Shown here piece after piece: positions 18,252 through 31,846 of a stretch of 64,000 nucleotides of DNA (positions within the stretch are counted from its first letter, which is position 1; each line of letters begins with the position of its first letter). The DNA is from Pseudomonadales bacterium. Lineage in GTDB: Bacteria > Pseudomonadota > Gammaproteobacteria > Pseudomonadales > GM7GCV1. Both the position numbers and the translations under genes were made by a program. The notes under the pieces are model-generated. The model was not told where the DNA came from and ran no database searches. It saw only the letters and a program-made list of their open reading frames with translations. The stretch covers positions 40,544 to 104,543 of the forward strand of contig CBFICI010000004.1 of NCBI GenBank assembly GCA_965661125.1, given 5' to 3'.

Positions 18252-19311
18252 TTCTCCCGCTCAGTTGCCCGATAGCCCATTCTATATGTTCGGCGACCAG
18301 GCTGGATTCGCCTGTCCAGTTGTTCAGGCTGGCCATGGCTTCGCTGGATGCAGGGCCGTTGCCCAGCCCAACTGCCAGATTGCGCTGCCAGCCTTCGTAG
18401 CCGGTGCGTCGTATCGGTGATCCCGCTGTTTTTTCTTCCCAGGTTTGCCTGTCCCACTGGAACAGCTCGACCAGCTGCGACTGCTCCAACCCGTGGCGGG
18501 GGCTGAAGTCTGATTCCGGGCTGGTTGCCGCATCCCGGTTCCAGGGGCACACCAGCTGGCAGTCGTCACAGCCGAAAACCCGGTTGCCCATGGGCTTGCG
18601 CAGAGATTGAGGGATAGGCCCGCTGTTCTCGATGGTCAGCCAGGAGATACAGCGGCGGGCGTCCAGCACGTAGGGTTCGGGAAAAGCCTGGGTAGGGCAG
18701 CAGGTCATGCATGCCCGGCACTTGCCGCATTCATCCGCCTGGGGATCGCCGGTAAGAGCAAGCGGTAGGCTGGTTAGAATTTCGCCGAGGAAAAACCAGG
18801 AGCCCACCTCGCGCTGCAGCACCAGTGTGTTTTTACCCACCCAACCCAGCCCGGCGCGAGCTGCAAGGGGCTTCTCCAGTACCGGCGCGCTGTCGACAAA
18901 GGGGCGCTGATGCAGCTGTTCACCGGCATAGGCAGCGATACGGTCGGCCACGCGCGCCAGTCGGCGGCGAATCGTCTTGTGATAATCCCGGCCCAAGGCG
19001 TAGCGCGCAATGTAAGCCTGCGATGGATTTTCCAGTACCTGCAACGGCCGGGTGTCCGGTGGGAGGTAATTCATGCGAAAACAGATGGCCCGCACTGCCG
19101 ATGGCACCAGCAATGTGGGATCGGCGCGAAGTTCGCGCCGGTCATCAATCCAGTGCATATCGGCCTGGTAACCACGGTTCAACCAGCGATCAAGCTGGCG
19201 GTTGGCCTCATCCAGTTCCAGATCTGTGACGGCAAAAGCATCGAAACCTTCTGCGGCAGACCATTGCTCGATCTGCTGCAGCAGGGGTGAATAGTCAGTT
19301 TCCTTGCGCAT
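18229..19311 (-). CDS. queG: Epoxyqueuosine reductase (tRNA queuosine biosynthesis)
   Basis: Two 4Fe-4S ferredoxin motifs (CGKCRACMTCCP, CDDCQLVCPWN). The N-terminus MRKETDYSPLLQQI begins at the ATG at 19311. The longer track ORF extension has an Arg-rich shadow-frame character. Confidence 0.88.
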   Translation of the reverse strand: MRKETDYSPLLQQIEQWSAAEGFDAFAVTDLELDEANRQLDRWLNRGYQADMHWIDDRRELRADPTLLVPSAVRAICFRMNYLPPDTRPLQVLENPSQAYIARYALGRDYHKTIRRRLARVADRIAAYAGEQLHQRPFVDSAPVLEKPLAARAGLGWVGKNTLVLQREVGSWFFLGEILTSLPLALTGDPQADECGKCRACMTCCPTQAFPEPYVLDARRCISWLTIENSGPIPQSLRKPMGNRVFGCDDCQLVCPWNRDAATSPESDFSPRHGLEQSQLVELFQWDRQTWEEKTAGSPIRRTGYEGWQRNLAVGLGNGPASSEAMASLNNWTGESSLVAEHIEWAIGQLSGRSDNNEPG

Positions 19312-19316
19312 TTGCC

Positions 19317-19322
19317 TATAAT
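19317..19322 (+). promoter_or_regulatory. Candidate -10 box (TATAAT) for the nnr-tsaE-amiB-mutL operon
   Basis: A perfect TATAAT lies 40 nt upstream of the nnr ATG. Only a weak -35 (TAGTCA, 19-bp spacing) is present. Confidence 0.3.
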
Positions 19323-19361
19323 GCCGCACTTTGAACCGAATCGCCGAGATGTAACTGCCAG

Positions 19362-20849
19362 ATGGCCGCCGATCAAGACTTAACAGCCTGGAAACTGGAC
19401 GAGATTCGTCGCGTTGAGCGCGACGCAATTGCGTCGGGAGACTACCCGGCCCCCTTGCTGATGGAGCGCGCCGGTCGCGCTGCCTTCCGTGCGCTGCGCC
19501 AGCGATGGCCATTATTGGAAAACCTGCTGGTAGTTTGTGGTGCGGGCAACAATGGCGGCGACGGTTATCTGGTAGCCGGGCTGGCCCGAGAAGCCGGGCT
19601 GGCAGTGCAACTATTTGAAACCAGCGCGCAGCCCCGCAGCGATGAAGCGACCAGGGCGCGCCAGTTTGCCTTGAAGACAGGGGTCCAATTGCTGGACCGG
19701 CTTCCGGACGCTTTGCCAGATGGTTCGCTGGTGGTGGATGCGCTGCTGGGCATAGGCTTCAGCGGGGAATTGCGCGAGCGGGAGGCAGGAATTTGCCGGG
19801 CGATCAACCGGTTGCCCGCTCCCTGTTTTAGTCTGGATATGCCCTCCGGTGTGAACCCGGCCTGCGGCAGTGCCGATCCCGATGCGGTGCACGCCGATAT
19901 GACAATCAGCTTTATTGGGCTGAAGGCGGGTTTGCTTACCGGCAGTGCGGCGGCTCACGCAGGACAGGTGATTACTGTGGGCATAGGTATCGGGGATCAA
20001 TTGAGCCGCGAGCCTGTGGAAATATTGGGTTCGTGCAGCCTGTCACCCTGGTTGCAACCTGCGCCTGCCGATAGTCACAAAGGCCGGCGCGGAACCTGCC
20101 TGGTGATAGGTGGGGCCGAGGGTATGGCCGGCGCGGCGATGCTGGCGGCGCAAGCCGCTTTAATGACGGGTGTCGGCAAGGTTCGTCTGGTCTGTGGGTC
20201 GGCTGTGGCGACCGGCATAACGGGCAGTTTCCCGGAAGTGATGACCGTTCAGGTAACCCACTATCGGCAGTTGCTGCCCATACTCGAAGATGCTTCCAGC
20301 CTGGTTGTGGGTCCGGGCCTGGGGCGATCGGCCTGGAGTCAGCAAATGCTCTACGCTGCCTTACAGAAGGGAATTCCTACCCTGTTGGATGCAGATGCGC
20401 TGCGCCTGCTGAAGCATTCAAAATTAAAGCCGCACCCGGCCTGCTTGCTGACACCGCATCCCGGCGAGGCGGCCGACTTGTTGGGCAAATCGAGCAACGA
20501 GATACAGCAGGACCGGTTTAGTGCGCTGAAAGATCTGGTGGCCGGCTTTGGCTGTGCCACTCTTTTAAAGGGTAACGGATCGATAGTTGCCAGCCCTGAA
20601 GGCGGGCTTGCCATCTGCAGGGCCGGGTCGCCGTCAATGGCCAGGGCCGGCATGGGCGATGTGCTTAGCGGTATCGTTGGCGGGTTGCTGGCGCGTCGGC
20701 CCGAATCCGGGGTGCAGGCACTTAAGGCCGGCACCTGGTTGCATGCTGCGGCTGCCGACCAGCTGCTGACGGAGGGTGGCGATTGGTCTGTCCTGCCGTC
20801 CCGCTTGGTGCAACAGCTTCCAGCCTTTGTGCGGCAACTGGAGTCATAA
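19362..20849 (+). CDS. nnr: Bifunctional NAD(P)H-hydrate repair enzyme (epimerase / ADP-dependent dehydratase)
   Basis: N-terminal YjeF_N domain (VVCGAGNNGGDGY) is fused to a C-terminal carbohydrate-kinase-like domain (GPGLG, GMGDVLSG). Confidence 0.92.
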   Translation: MAADQDLTAWKLDEIRRVERDAIASGDYPAPLLMERAGRAAFRALRQRWPLLENLLVVCGAGNNGGDGYLVAGLAREAGLAVQLFETSAQPRSDEATRARQFALKTGVQLLDRLPDALPDGSLVVDALLGIGFSGELREREAGICRAINRLPAPCFSLDMPSGVNPACGSADPDAVHADMTISFIGLKAGLLTGSAAAHAGQVITVGIGIGDQLSREPVEILGSCSLSPWLQPAPADSHKGRRGTCLVIGGAEGMAGAAMLAAQAALMTGVGKVRLVCGSAVATGITGSFPEVMTVQVTHYRQLLPILEDASSLVVGPGLGRSAWSQQMLYAALQKGIPTLLDADALRLLKHSKLKPHPACLLTPHPGEAADLLGKSSNEIQQDRFSALKDLVAGFGCATLLKGNGSIVASPEGGLAICRAGSPSMARAGMGDVLSGIVGGLLARRPESGVQALKAGTWLHAAAADQLLTEGGDWSVLPSRLVQQLPAFVRQLES

Positions 20850-20851
20850 GC

Positions 20852-21295
20852 ATGGCGCAGGAACCACACTGGATACAGCTGGCAGACGAGCAGGCCACGC
20901 TGGATTTTGGGGGCAGTTTGCTGGAGCCATTGCAGGAAAACTTGCCAGTGGTATACCTGCAGGGTGATTTGGGAGCCGGTAAAACCACCCTGGTTCGCGG
21001 TTTGCTGCGAGCCGCCGGATACCGGGGCGCTGTGCGCAGCCCCACCTACACCCTGATGGAACCCTACGAGTTGGCAAAGTTTCGGCTTTACCATTTCGAC
21101 CTTTACCGTCTTGAAAACCCGGACGAGCTGGAATTCATCGGTGGCAGGGACTATCTGGGCGATGCTGCGATTCGAATGCTCGAATGGCCGGAGCGAGCTG
21201 CGGGCTGGCTGCCGCCAGCGGATTTGCTTATTCGCATGCAGGTTGTTGGAAATGCTAGACAAATTAGCCTGCAATGGCAGAATGCCGAGGCATGA
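20852..21295 (+). CDS. tsaE: tRNA t6A37 biosynthesis ATPase TsaE
   Basis: LQGDLGAGKTTLVRGLL is the Walker A motif. SPTYTLMEPY and YHFDLYRL are also present. The ATG at 20852 lies just after the nnr stop. Confidence 0.92.
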   Translation: MAQEPHWIQLADEQATLDFGGSLLEPLQENLPVVYLQGDLGAGKTTLVRGLLRAAGYRGAVRSPTYTLMEPYELAKFRLYHFDLYRLENPDELEFIGGRDYLGDAAIRMLEWPERAAGWLPPADLLIRMQVVGNARQISLQWQNAEA

Positions 21296-22647
21296 GAGTA
21301 AATATAACGGTCGTGCGCGCTTTGCTGGCCCCACTTCCGGTTACGCGCCGGTTGCTGCTCTCCCTCCCCCTGATGTTTTTGTTCTGCTCGTCGGCACTGG
21401 CCGATACCCGGGTAGAGCAGGTTCGTGTTTGGCCGTCACCGCTCAATACCCGCATTGTTTTTGATCTCGCTGGCCCGGTTGACCACAGCCTGTTTGAATT
21501 GCAAAGCCCCGACCGGGTGGTGGTAGATATTGCCGAGGCCAGTACCGGCTTCGATCCCGAGCAGCTGGATTTCGAACGCACCCTGGCACAAGGCATTCGA
21601 TTGGGCCGGCGTGACGACGGATCACTTCGGGTGGTAGTTGATTTGCGCGAGCCGGTGAGGGCGCGCTCATTTACACTGGAGCCCAACGACACCTACGGGC
21701 ACCGCCTGGTGCTCGATCTGGAGGGTGAAGAGCCGGTTGTGCGCACCCTGCAGCAGGTGGCCGACGATAACAGGGATATCATCATCGCTCTGGATGCCGG
21801 TCACGGAGGCGAAGATCCGGGTGCATTGGGCCCGGACGGGCTACTGGAAAAACATGTGGTGATGGATATTGCCCGCACCATGCAAGCCCTGATTGATGCT
21901 ACCCCGGGATACCGTGCCCTGATGGTGCGCGAGGGCGACTACTATATTGCGCTGCGCGATCGTACCGAAATTGCCCGCCAGGCTCGCGCCGACGCATTTA
22001 TTTCCATCCATGCGGATGCGTTTGACCAACCCCAGGTAAACGGGGCATCTCTCTATGCACTGTCCGAACGAGGGGCAACCAGTGAGCGCGCCAGCTACCT
22101 CGCCCAGAAAGAGAACCGGGCCGACCTGATCGGCGGCGTGGGCGAGCTCAGCCTGCGCGACAAGGATGATGTGTTGGCCAGTGTGCTGCTGGATCTTTCC
22201 ATGACGGCCACCCTCGATTCCAGTTTGCGCCTTGGCGCGGCTATTATTCCTCGCATGGGCGGGGTCACGCGCATGCACAAGAAGGGAGTAGAGCAGGCCG
22301 GCTTTGTGGTGCTGAAGTCTCCCGATATGCCGTCGCTGCTGATTGAAACCGGCTTCATTTCCAATCCGCAGGAAGCCAGGCGGCTTGCCAGTACCAGTTT
22401 CCAGCGCAACATGGCGGCGGCAATTTTTTCTGGTATCCGCGAGTATTTCGAAAATCACCCGCCGGACGGCACTCTGATCGCTGCCCGTGGCGGTGCATTG
22501 GAGCGAGCGTATGTAGTGCAAGCCGGCGATACCCTGTCGGAAATTGCCCTGCGCTTTGGCGTCAGTACTTCCAGCCTGGTTAGTTTCAACAACCTGTCCA
22601 ATTCGGTCATCCGGGTAGGGCAGAATCTTCGTATACCTTCCTCTTGA
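21292..22647 (+). CDS. amiB: N-acetylmuramoyl-L-alanine amidase (AMIN + Amidase_3 + LysM)
   Basis: AMIN-type N-terminus [16 protein letters not shown]. Catalytic motifs [14 protein letters not shown] and ISIHADA. C-terminal Lys[20 protein letters not shown]. An ATGA overlap with tsaE favours the start at 21292. Confidence 0.88.
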   Translation: MRVNITVVRALLAPLPVTRRLLLSLPLMFLFCSSALADTRVEQVRVWPSPLNTRIVFDLAGPVDHSLFELQSPDRVVVDIAEASTGFDPEQLDFERTLAQGIRLGRRDDGSLRVVVDLREPVRARSFTLEPNDTYGHRLVLDLEGEEPVVRTLQQVADDNRDIIIALDAGHGGEDPGALGPDGLLEKHVVMDIARTMQALIDATPGYRALMVREGDYYIALRDRTEIARQARADAFISIHADAFDQPQVNGASLYALSERGATSERASYLAQKENRADLIGGVGELSLRDKDDVLASVLLDLSMTATLDSSLRLGAAIIPRMGGVTRMHKKGVEQAGFVVLKSPDMPSLLIETGFISNPQEARRLASTSFQRNMAAAIFSGIREYFENHPPDGTLIAARGGALERAYVVQAGDTLSEIALRFGVSTSSLVSFNNLSNSVIRVGQNLRIPSS

Positions 22648-24431
22648 GCATTATTCGTCTCCCGCCCCGGCTGGCGAACCAGATTGCCGCCGGGGAAGTG
22701 GTTGAACGCCCCGCATCCGTGGTCAAGGAACTGATGGAAAATGCCATAGACGGCGGCGCCCGCTCGGTCTGGCTGGATGTCGAAGCGGGCGGAACCCGCT
22801 TGATTCGGCTGCGCGATGACGGCGCAGGCATTGGCTCTGCGGATATGCCTCTGGTGCTGGAACGTCACGCCACCAGCAAGGTACAAACTTTGGAAGATCT
22901 CGAAGCCATCGGGTCGCTGGGCTTTCGCGGTGAAGCCCTTGCCAGTATCGCTTCGGTGTCGCGGCTGAAGCTGACTTCTTCTGTGGAAGGCGAGCCGGGT
23001 TGCCGGGTGACCACCGAAGGCATGGGTATGCAGCCCAAGCTGGAAGCAGCCAGTCATCCGCGCGGAACCAGCGTGGAAGTTGCCGATCTTTTTTTCAATA
23101 CGCCGGCAAGGCGCAAATTTCTGCGCACAGAAAAAACCGAGTGGGGACGCATCGACGAGGTGGTCAAGCGCATCGGGCTGGGTCATCCCGGGCTGGCGAT
23201 CCGTGTCACCCACAACAGCCGAAATCAGCTTGCGCTGCTTCCGGGCGAGGACATGGCAGCAGTCGAGCGGCGCGTTGCCAACATCTGTGGCCCGGCCTTT
23301 ATGGAACAGGCATTGCCGATTGACGAACAAACCGAAGGCTTGCGCCTTTGGGGCTGGGTTGGCCTGCCCACCTTCTCCAGAAGCCAGGCCGATTTGCAGC
23401 ACTTTTTTGTTAACGGCCGCGTTATACGCGACAAGCTTGTGGCCCATGCGGTTCGCCAGGCCTACCAGGACGTGCTCTACCACGGCCGGCATCCGGCCTT
23501 TGTGCTGTGGCTGGAGATGGATCCTCGCATGGTGGATGTAAATGTTCATCCCACCAAGCACGAGGTTCGGTTTCGCGACTCCCGTGCGGTGCACGGATTT
23601 ATTTACGGTTCGCTGCATCGTCTGATGGCGCAAACCAGCGCCGGCAGCGCCCCCGCTTCTGCACGCATGGAAGCAGTTGCTCCGGGTCAGGGTGAAGCTG
23701 GGGGAAGCATGCGTCAGTCGGGCCTGGAACTATCCAGTCCGGCTCCAGGGAGGGCAATGTTTAGCTCCGCGCCAATGTTTGAAGCAGGGCAAGAAACCGC
23801 TACCGCGTCTCCCGGTATCAGCCAGGTTCGTGACGAAGCGGCGGATATTCCGCCGCTGGGTTTCGCCATCGCTCAGCTAAAGGGAGTTTACATACTGGCA
23901 GAAAATGCCGATGGGCTGGTGTTGGTTGATATGCACGCGGCCCATGAGCGCATTACCTACGAGCGCATGAAGCAGGCCTGGAACAGGGAAGGCCTCGCTT
24001 CACAGCCATTGCTGGTGCCTCAGTCAATGGCGGTTAGCGAAGCCGAAGCAGACCTGGCCGAGTCGCGGGCTGATTTTTTCGAACGGCTGGGCCTGGGGCT
24101 GCAGCGTTCCGGTCCGGAGGGTCTGCTGGTGCGGCGAAGCCCGGTGCTTCTGAAGCAGGCCGAGGTAGAGCCCCTGGTTCGGGATTTGCTTGCGGACTTG
24201 CGAGAAATAGGCGACAGCTCGCGACTGGAAAATCGCATTGACGAGATACTTGGCAACATGGCCTGCCATGGGTCGGTGCGCGCCAACCGTCGGCTGGGTA
24301 TCGAGGAGATGAATGCGCTGCTGCGCGATATGGAAGTGACCGAGCGCAGCGGCCAGTGCAACCATGGCCGACCAACCTGGACCCAGCTGTCGCTGGTCGA
24401 GCTGGATCGGCTGTTTCTGCGCGGCCGTTAG
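22644..24431 (+). CDS. mutL: DNA mismatch repair endonuclease MutL
   Basis: [30 protein letters not shown] is the GHKL ATPase motif. The C-terminal dimerisation domain carries CNHGRPT. TTG start overlaps the amiB stop. Confidence 0.95.
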   Translation: MSIIRLPPRLANQIAAGEVVERPASVVKELMENAIDGGARSVWLDVEAGGTRLIRLRDDGAGIGSADMPLVLERHATSKVQTLEDLEAIGSLGFRGEALASIASVSRLKLTSSVEGEPGCRVTTEGMGMQPKLEAASHPRGTSVEVADLFFNTPARRKFLRTEKTEWGRIDEVVKRIGLGHPGLAIRVTHNSRNQLALLPGEDMAAVERRVANICGPAFMEQALPIDEQTEGLRLWGWVGLPTFSRSQADLQHFFVNGRVIRDKLVAHAVRQAYQDVLYHGRHPAFVLWLEMDPRMVDVNVHPTKHEVRFRDSRAVHGFIYGSLHRLMAQTSAGSAPASARMEAVAPGQGEAGGSMRQSGLELSSPAPGRAMFSSAPMFEAGQETATASPGISQVRDEAADIPPLGFAIAQLKGVYILAENADGLVLVDMHAAHERITYERMKQAWNREGLASQPLLVPQSMAVSEAEADLAESRADFFERLGLGLQRSGPEGLLVRRSPVLLKQAEVEPLVRDLLADLREIGDSSRLENRIDEILGNMACHGSVRANRRLGIEEMNALLRDMEVTERSGQCNHGRPTWTQLSLVELDRLFLRGR

Positions 24432-24434
24432 CTT

Positions 24435-25403
24435 GTGAGCGAAGTGACCCAACCGGCCTGTATCCTGCTTTTCGGGCCCACGGCCAGCGGTAAAACCGAA
24501 CTGGCCATGCGCATTGCCGATGAATTTCCGGTGAATTTGATCAGTGTCGACTCGGTACTGGTTTACCGCGATATGAATATCGGCTCAGCCAAGCCCAGCC
24601 CGGAGGAGCTGGCCCAATATCCGCATGGCTTGATTGATATCCGCAACCCGAACGAGAGTTTCTCGGTGGCCGACTTTGTTCATTTGGCGCGGCAGGAAAT
24701 GCAAAGTTCGCATGAGGCCGGCCGAATTCCCCTGCTGGTTGGTGGCACCATGATGTATTTCCGCGCCTTGCTCGAAGGTCTGGCCGACATGCCGCCCTCC
24801 CGCCCCGAGGTCCGTCAAGCCATCGAATCCGAGGCCGAGCAGCAGGGCTGGCCTGCCATGCATCGACAGCTGCAAGAAGTAGACCCGGACACCGCAAGAC
24901 AGCTGCACCCGGAGCATTCCCAGCGCATCTGCCGCGCCTTGGAGGTATGGCGCATCAGTGGCCAGCCCATGTCGCAACTTGTGCGACAGCCAGGGCCCCT
25001 GAGTCGGCCTTTGGGCAAGGATTGGCGCGTGCTGCAGATGGGCTTGTCCTTTGCCCAGCGCTCGCAGCTGCACGAGCGAATCGATCAGCGATTCCAGCTC
25101 ATGCTGGAGAGGGGCTTGATAGAGGAAGTGCAGGCGCTGCTGCAAAAGTATGAACTAACCGAACAGCACGCCTCGATGCGCGCGGTAGGCTACCGACAGG
25201 TGCGCGACTACCTCGAGCAGGGCTTCTCCCGACAGGAACTGCTGGAAAGGGGGCAGGCAGCCAGCCGCCAATTGGCCAAACGGCAGCTTACCTGGATGCG
25301 GGGATGGGATGACTGGCAAACCTTCCCGGTTGCCCCAGATGCATGTAATAACAGTAATTTTACCACCACTGCTTTGCATTGGCTGCAAAGGGCACTATCC
25401 TAG
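24435..25403 (+). CDS. miaA: tRNA dimethylallyltransferase
   Basis: [13 protein letters not shown] is the P-loop. [18 protein letters not shown] and GGTMMYF are also present. GTG start. Confidence 0.93.
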   Translation: MSEVTQPACILLFGPTASGKTELAMRIADEFPVNLISVDSVLVYRDMNIGSAKPSPEELAQYPHGLIDIRNPNESFSVADFVHLARQEMQSSHEAGRIPLLVGGTMMYFRALLEGLADMPPSRPEVRQAIESEAEQQGWPAMHRQLQEVDPDTARQLHPEHSQRICRALEVWRISGQPMSQLVRQPGPLSRPLGKDWRVLQMGLSFAQRSQLHERIDQRFQLMLERGLIEEVQALLQKYELTEQHASMRAVGYRQVRDYLEQGFSRQELLERGQAASRQLAKRQLTWMRGWDDWQTFPVAPDACNNSNFTTTALHWLQRALS

Positions 25404-25456
25404 AGTGGCTTGAGACTGCGACTTGCGGTCTCCCTTACTTAACTTTGGAGTCATAC

Positions 25457-25732
25457 ATGTCAAAGGGGCACAGCTTACAAGACCCTTTCCTGAACGCTTT
25501 ACGGAAAGAGCGTATTCCCGTCGCCATTTATCTGGTTAACGGCATCAAGCTGCAGGGCCAGGTTGAATCTTTCGACCAGTTTGTGGTGTTGCTGAAAAAT
25601 ACCGTCAGCCAGATGGTATACAAGCACGCCATCTCCACCATCGTTCCGGCGCGCGCAGTAAAAATGCCCATGGTTGCTCCTCCGGGCGAATCGGAAGGCG
25701 ATGCAGACCTTTACGACGAGGGTAACCACTAG
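25457..25732 (+). CDS. hfq: RNA chaperone Hfq
   Basis: [64 protein letters not shown] is the canonical Sm1/Sm2 sequence. Confidence 0.98.
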   Translation: MSKGHSLQDPFLNALRKERIPVAIYLVNGIKLQGQVESFDQFVVLLKNTVSQMVYKHAISTIVPARAVKMPMVAPPGESEGDADLYDEGNH

Positions 25733-25764
25733 CCACTTGAACCCCCGCCCGGTTCAGTTGCCAT

Positions 25765-27063
25765 ATGTTCTTTGACCGCCCCGATAGCGGCGAGAGGGCG
25801 CTGCTTGTCCAGATGCAGGTGGACAAGCTAAACCCCGATCCCGACACCGAAGAATTTATCGAACTGGTTCGAGCCGCTGGCGCCGAACCGGTGGCGTTGG
25901 TGGGTGGCCGGCGGGCTAAGCCCCATGCGCGCCTGTTTGTGGGAACCGGCAAGCTGGAAGAGATTCGGGATGCCAAAGCGGCCGAGCAAGCCGAACTGAT
26001 TATTTTTGATCACGACCTCAGCCCGGCTCAGGAGCGCAATATCGAGCGCGAGTTGCAGTGCCGTGTGCTGGGCCGTACTGGCCTGATTCTGGATATTTTT
26101 GCCCAGCGGGCACGCACCCACGAGGGCAAGCTGCAGGTTGAGTTGGCCCAGTTGCAGCACCTTTCAACCCGTCTTGTTCGGGGATGGACCCACCTCGAGC
26201 GCCAGAAAGGCGGTATCGGCCTGCGTGGCCCGGGTGAAACCCAGCTGGAAACCGACCGTCGACTGCTGCGCGAGCGCATTAAATCGATTCGCCGCCGGCT
26301 GGAGAAAGTACGAAGCCAGCGTGAGCAGGGGCGTCGCTCCCGCAAGCGAGCCGAAATTCCGGTGGTTTCATTGGTGGGCTATACCAACGCGGGAAAGTCG
26401 ACCCTGTTCAACCGGCTTACCGACAGCGAGGTTTACGCGCAGGACCAGCTGTTCGCCACCCTCGACCCCACCATGCGGCGCATCGAACTGGAAGGCTTCG
26501 GCCCGGTGATTCTGGCCGATACGGTCGGTTTTATCAGCCAGCTACCCCATGGCCTGGTAGAGGCGTTTCGGGCCACTCTGGAAGAGGCGGCTTCGGCCGA
26601 CCTGTTGCTGGAAGTGGTTGACCTCAGTTCGCCCGACTGGAGAGCGCATGCCGAGGAGGTGAGTTCGGTTCTGGAAGAAATTGGCGCCGAGCAGATTCTC
26701 CGGCTGCGACTCTTTAACAAACTGGATCGGCTGGCGGATCGGCAGCCGGAATTGCTGTGCGATAGCGATGGAAAACCTGCCTCTGTTGCCCTGTCGGCCA
26801 AAACCGGAGAGGGCCTGGATTTACTGACCCGGGCCATCGCAGATTCGCTTGGCGCCGACCGGGTGAAAGCATGGTACTGTTTACCTGCCGATGCAGCCCG
26901 CTTGTTGGCGAGGTTGCACGATCTGGGCGCTGTCACGCAGTCTCGCTATCTGGAAGATGGCCGGTGTCAGGTGGAATTGAACATCGAAAGGGCAGATTGG
27001 CATCGATTATTGGCCCATGAAGACTTGAGTGAAGAATCATTAACCCCCATACAAGGGATATAG
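25765..27063 (+). CDS. hflX: Ribosome-associated GTPase HflX
   Basis: The HflX N-domain is followed by the G-motifs GYTNAGKSTLFN and DTVGF, plus NKLD. Confidence 0.95.
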   Translation: MFFDRPDSGERALLVQMQVDKLNPDPDTEEFIELVRAAGAEPVALVGGRRAKPHARLFVGTGKLEEIRDAKAAEQAELIIFDHDLSPAQERNIERELQCRVLGRTGLILDIFAQRARTHEGKLQVELAQLQHLSTRLVRGWTHLERQKGGIGLRGPGETQLETDRRLLRERIKSIRRRLEKVRSQREQGRRSRKRAEIPVVSLVGYTNAGKSTLFNRLTDSEVYAQDQLFATLDPTMRRIELEGFGPVILADTVGFISQLPHGLVEAFRATLEEAASADLLLEVVDLSSPDWRAHAEEVSSVLEEIGAEQILRLRLFNKLDRLADRQPELLCDSDGKPASVALSAKTGEGLDLLTRAIADSLGADRVKAWYCLPADAARLLARLHDLGAVTQSRYLEDGRCQVELNIERADWHRLLAHEDLSEESLTPIQGI

Positions 27064-27114
27064 AAGCAGTCAGGGTGCGCCGATAGAATGCGTTGCCTCA
27101 ACGGAGATAAATAG

Positions 27115-28254
27115 ATGGCTTGGAATGATCAGGGTGGAAGAGACCCCTGGGGTGGAGGCAACCAGCAGCCGCCCGATCTGGATGAAGCGTTTCGCAAACT
27201 CAAAGAGAAGCTGACCGGTGGTGGCTCGGGTGGTGGTTCCGGAAAGCCCCGGCCTTCCTCGGGTGCCCCCTTACTGATTGGCCTGCTGGTACTGGCCGGT
27301 TTCTGGTTCTGGCAGGGCATATATGTGCTCGATGAGCAGGAGCGAGGCGTGGTTCTGCGTTTGGGGCAGTACCACGACACCATCATGCCGGGTTTTAACT
27401 GGCAACCGGCCATGATTGATACAGTCTTTGTCGACAACGTGACCCAGGAGCGCCAGTACTCCCCGGCGCTTGGTCAAAACCTGATGTTGACCCGCGACGA
27501 GAATATCGTCGATGTGCCCCTGACAGTTCAGTACAACATTCGCGACATCAAGGACTACTACCTGAATATCAGTGATCCTGATGCCACGCTCGAGCAGGCC
27601 ACCGACAGTGCCGTGCGCCACGTAGTGGGCAGCGCCGACCTGAACAATGTTATTTCAGCCGGTCGTGAACTGCTGCGTGAAGAGGTTGAGGTTCGATTGC
27701 AAACCTACCTCGATAATTACGGTACGGGCATTCATGTGATTGATGTCACCATGCAGGAAGCGCGGCCACCAGAAGCTGTTAAACAGGCGTTTGACGATGT
27801 GATTGCAGCCAGCGCCGACAAAGAGCGTCTGATCAACGAAGCCCAGGCCTATCGCAACCAGATTCTTCCCCAGGCTCGAGGTGAGGCTCAACGTGCTATC
27901 GAAAACGCCAATGGCTACCAGGGTGAGTTGATTGCCCGGGCAGAGGGTGAAGCCGACCGGTTCAAACAGTTGCTGGTGGAGTATTCGCTAGCGCCGGAAG
28001 TAACGCGCGAAAGGCTGTACCTGGATACGGTTGAAACCGTGATGTCCAACGCCAACAAGGTTCTGGTGGACGTCGAGGGTGGTAACAACATGATGTACTT
28101 GCCGTTGGATCAACTGACCCGCGGAGTTGCCGGTGGCGGCGGTACCGGCATGACGGCTGAGCAGGCTCGTCAACTGGTGCAGGAAACCATGAACCAGTTG
28201 CGAACCGGAACACCCACCTCGACCAATACAAGCACCACGAGGACCCTGCGATGA
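27115..28254 (+). CDS. hflK: FtsH protease modulator HflK
   Basis: MAWNDQGG..PWGG with a Gly-rich N-terminus, a single TM helix and an SPFH/band-7 domain. The stop overlaps the hflC start. Confidence 0.93.
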   Translation: MAWNDQGGRDPWGGGNQQPPDLDEAFRKLKEKLTGGGSGGGSGKPRPSSGAPLLIGLLVLAGFWFWQGIYVLDEQERGVVLRLGQYHDTIMPGFNWQPAMIDTVFVDNVTQERQYSPALGQNLMLTRDENIVDVPLTVQYNIRDIKDYYLNISDPDATLEQATDSAVRHVVGSADLNNVISAGRELLREEVEVRLQTYLDNYGTGIHVIDVTMQEARPPEAVKQAFDDVIAASADKERLINEAQAYRNQILPQARGEAQRAIENANGYQGELIARAEGEADRFKQLLVEYSLAPEVTRERLYLDTVETVMSNANKVLVDVEGGNNMMYLPLDQLTRGVAGGGGTGMTAEQARQLVQETMNQLRTGTPTSTNTSTTRTLR

Positions 28255-29126
28255 ATAACAAGCTGATTCCCCTCGTTATCGTGCTGGCTCTGGGGCTGGT
28301 CCTTGCCTCTGGCGCCCTGTACCGGGTAACCGAGATCGAGCGTGCTGTACTGTTGCGATTTGGTGAGCTGGTTCAGGAAGACATTCCGCCTGGCCTGCAC
28401 TTTAAAATTCCTTTCGTCGACGCGGTTCGGAAATTCGATGGACGTGTGCTGACTGTTGACTCGCCACCCGAGCGCTACTTCACCAGCGGCCAGAAAGTTC
28501 TGATAGTCGATTCGTACGCCAAGTTTAGGGTCGAGGACGTGGGCCAGTACTACCGGACCACAGGTGGTGATGAAACCGTTGCCCGCCAGCGCCTTGCAGC
28601 TCGTATTAACGATGGTTTGCGCAACCAGTTCTCCACTCGAACTCAGCAGGAAGTGGTGTCGGGTGAGCGCGATCAGCTGATGAATCTGCTTACAAACGAG
28701 CTCAACGAGTCCATGAGCGAGGTTCTGGGTGTTCGCGTGCTGGACGTCCGGGTGCGAACTATCAACCTGCCTGAAGACATCAGTGAGGCTGTGTTCAACC
28801 GGATGCGCGCCGAACGTGAGAAAGAAGCTCGCGAAACGCGATCCGAAGGCCAGGAGGAAGCCGAGAAGATCCGCGCTGATGCCGACCGGCAACGGGTACT
28901 GATTGCAGCGGAAGCCTTTCGCCAGTCTGAAATTATCCGCGGTGAAGGCGACGCGCAGGCCGCGTCAATTTACGCCGAGGCATACAACCAGGATCGCGAG
29001 TTCTACTCATTCATGCGCAGCTTGCAGGCATACCGCAGCACATTTGCCAACAGCGGCGACCTGATGCTGATTGGTTCCGACAGCGAGTTTTTCCGCTACC
29101 TGAAAGACGCACAGGGCGGCAACTGA
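28251..29126 (+). CDS. hflC: FtsH protease modulator HflC
   Basis: N-terminal TM helix plus an SPFH domain (ERAVLLRFGE...). It is paired with hflK. Confidence 0.93.
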   Translation: MNNKLIPLVIVLALGLVLASGALYRVTEIERAVLLRFGELVQEDIPPGLHFKIPFVDAVRKFDGRVLTVDSPPERYFTSGQKVLIVDSYAKFRVEDVGQYYRTTGGDETVARQRLAARINDGLRNQFSTRTQQEVVSGERDQLMNLLTNELNESMSEVLGVRVLDVRVRTINLPEDISEAVFNRMRAEREKEARETRSEGQEEAEKIRADADRQRVLIAAEAFRQSEIIRGEGDAQAASIYAEAYNQDREFYSFMRSLQAYRSTFANSGDLMLIGSDSEFFRYLKDAQGGN

Positions 29127-29187
29127 TCCATCCGCCTCACAGCAATTGGGCTGTTTAAGCCCGATGCCTGTGATAGAATCCAAAAAA

Positions 29188-29209
29188 GCCGGGCTACCCC
29201 GGCTTTTTT
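29188..29209 (+). terminator. Rho-independent terminator after hflC
   Basis: GCCGGG-CTAC-CCCGGC is followed by TTTTTT and preceded by an A-run. Confidence 0.8.
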
Positions 29210-29242
29210 GCGTTTTATTGCGGACAAACCCTGAGGACAGGC

Positions 29243-29434
29243 TTGGAAAACTTCCTGGTTGAAATGGCGCGTGCCTTTGCCTTGCTGATGGTGCTGGAGG
29301 GTATTATTCCTTTCCTTAATCCCGGTGGGTGGAAGCGTCTTATGGCCAACCTGCTTCAAAGCGAAACCGGTGCCATCCGGGTGGCTGGCCTGGTGAGCAT
29401 GTTGCTCGGGCTGCTGCTCCTTTACCTGTTATAA
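29243..29434 (+). CDS. DUF2065 (YjeT-like) small membrane protein
   Basis: LLMVLEGIIPFLNPGGWKRLM matches the family. It holds the conserved position between hflC and hisZ. The start is either TTG 29243 or ATG 29264. Confidence 0.75.
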   Translation: MENFLVEMARAFALLMVLEGIIPFLNPGGWKRLMANLLQSETGAIRVAGLVSMLLGLLLLYLL

Positions 29435-29439
29435 AAATT

Positions 29440-31750
<2,311 letters not shown>

Positions 31751-31846
31751 TACCGGCAAGCTGTGGTTGCCAGCCGCTTCATCTCTACAGGCAGTCTTGA
31801 ATTGCCGCTAGAATGTAGCGCGGGTTAATTAATGCCGGGGAAACCG

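Noticed and set aside
20351-21334. Long ORFs antisense to well-supported genes: 20351-21334, 22455-23633, 37279-38148, 39981-40847, 41351-42157, 45412-46557, 51630-52586, 56260-57075, 60520-61191 and 61883-62686.
   Set aside because: Each lies fully opposite a gene with strong family motifs. Their translations are Arg/Gly/Pro/Ala-rich low-complexity sequence with no recognisable motifs or RBS. Stop-free shadow frames of this kind are expected in GC-rich DNA with GC3-biased codons.
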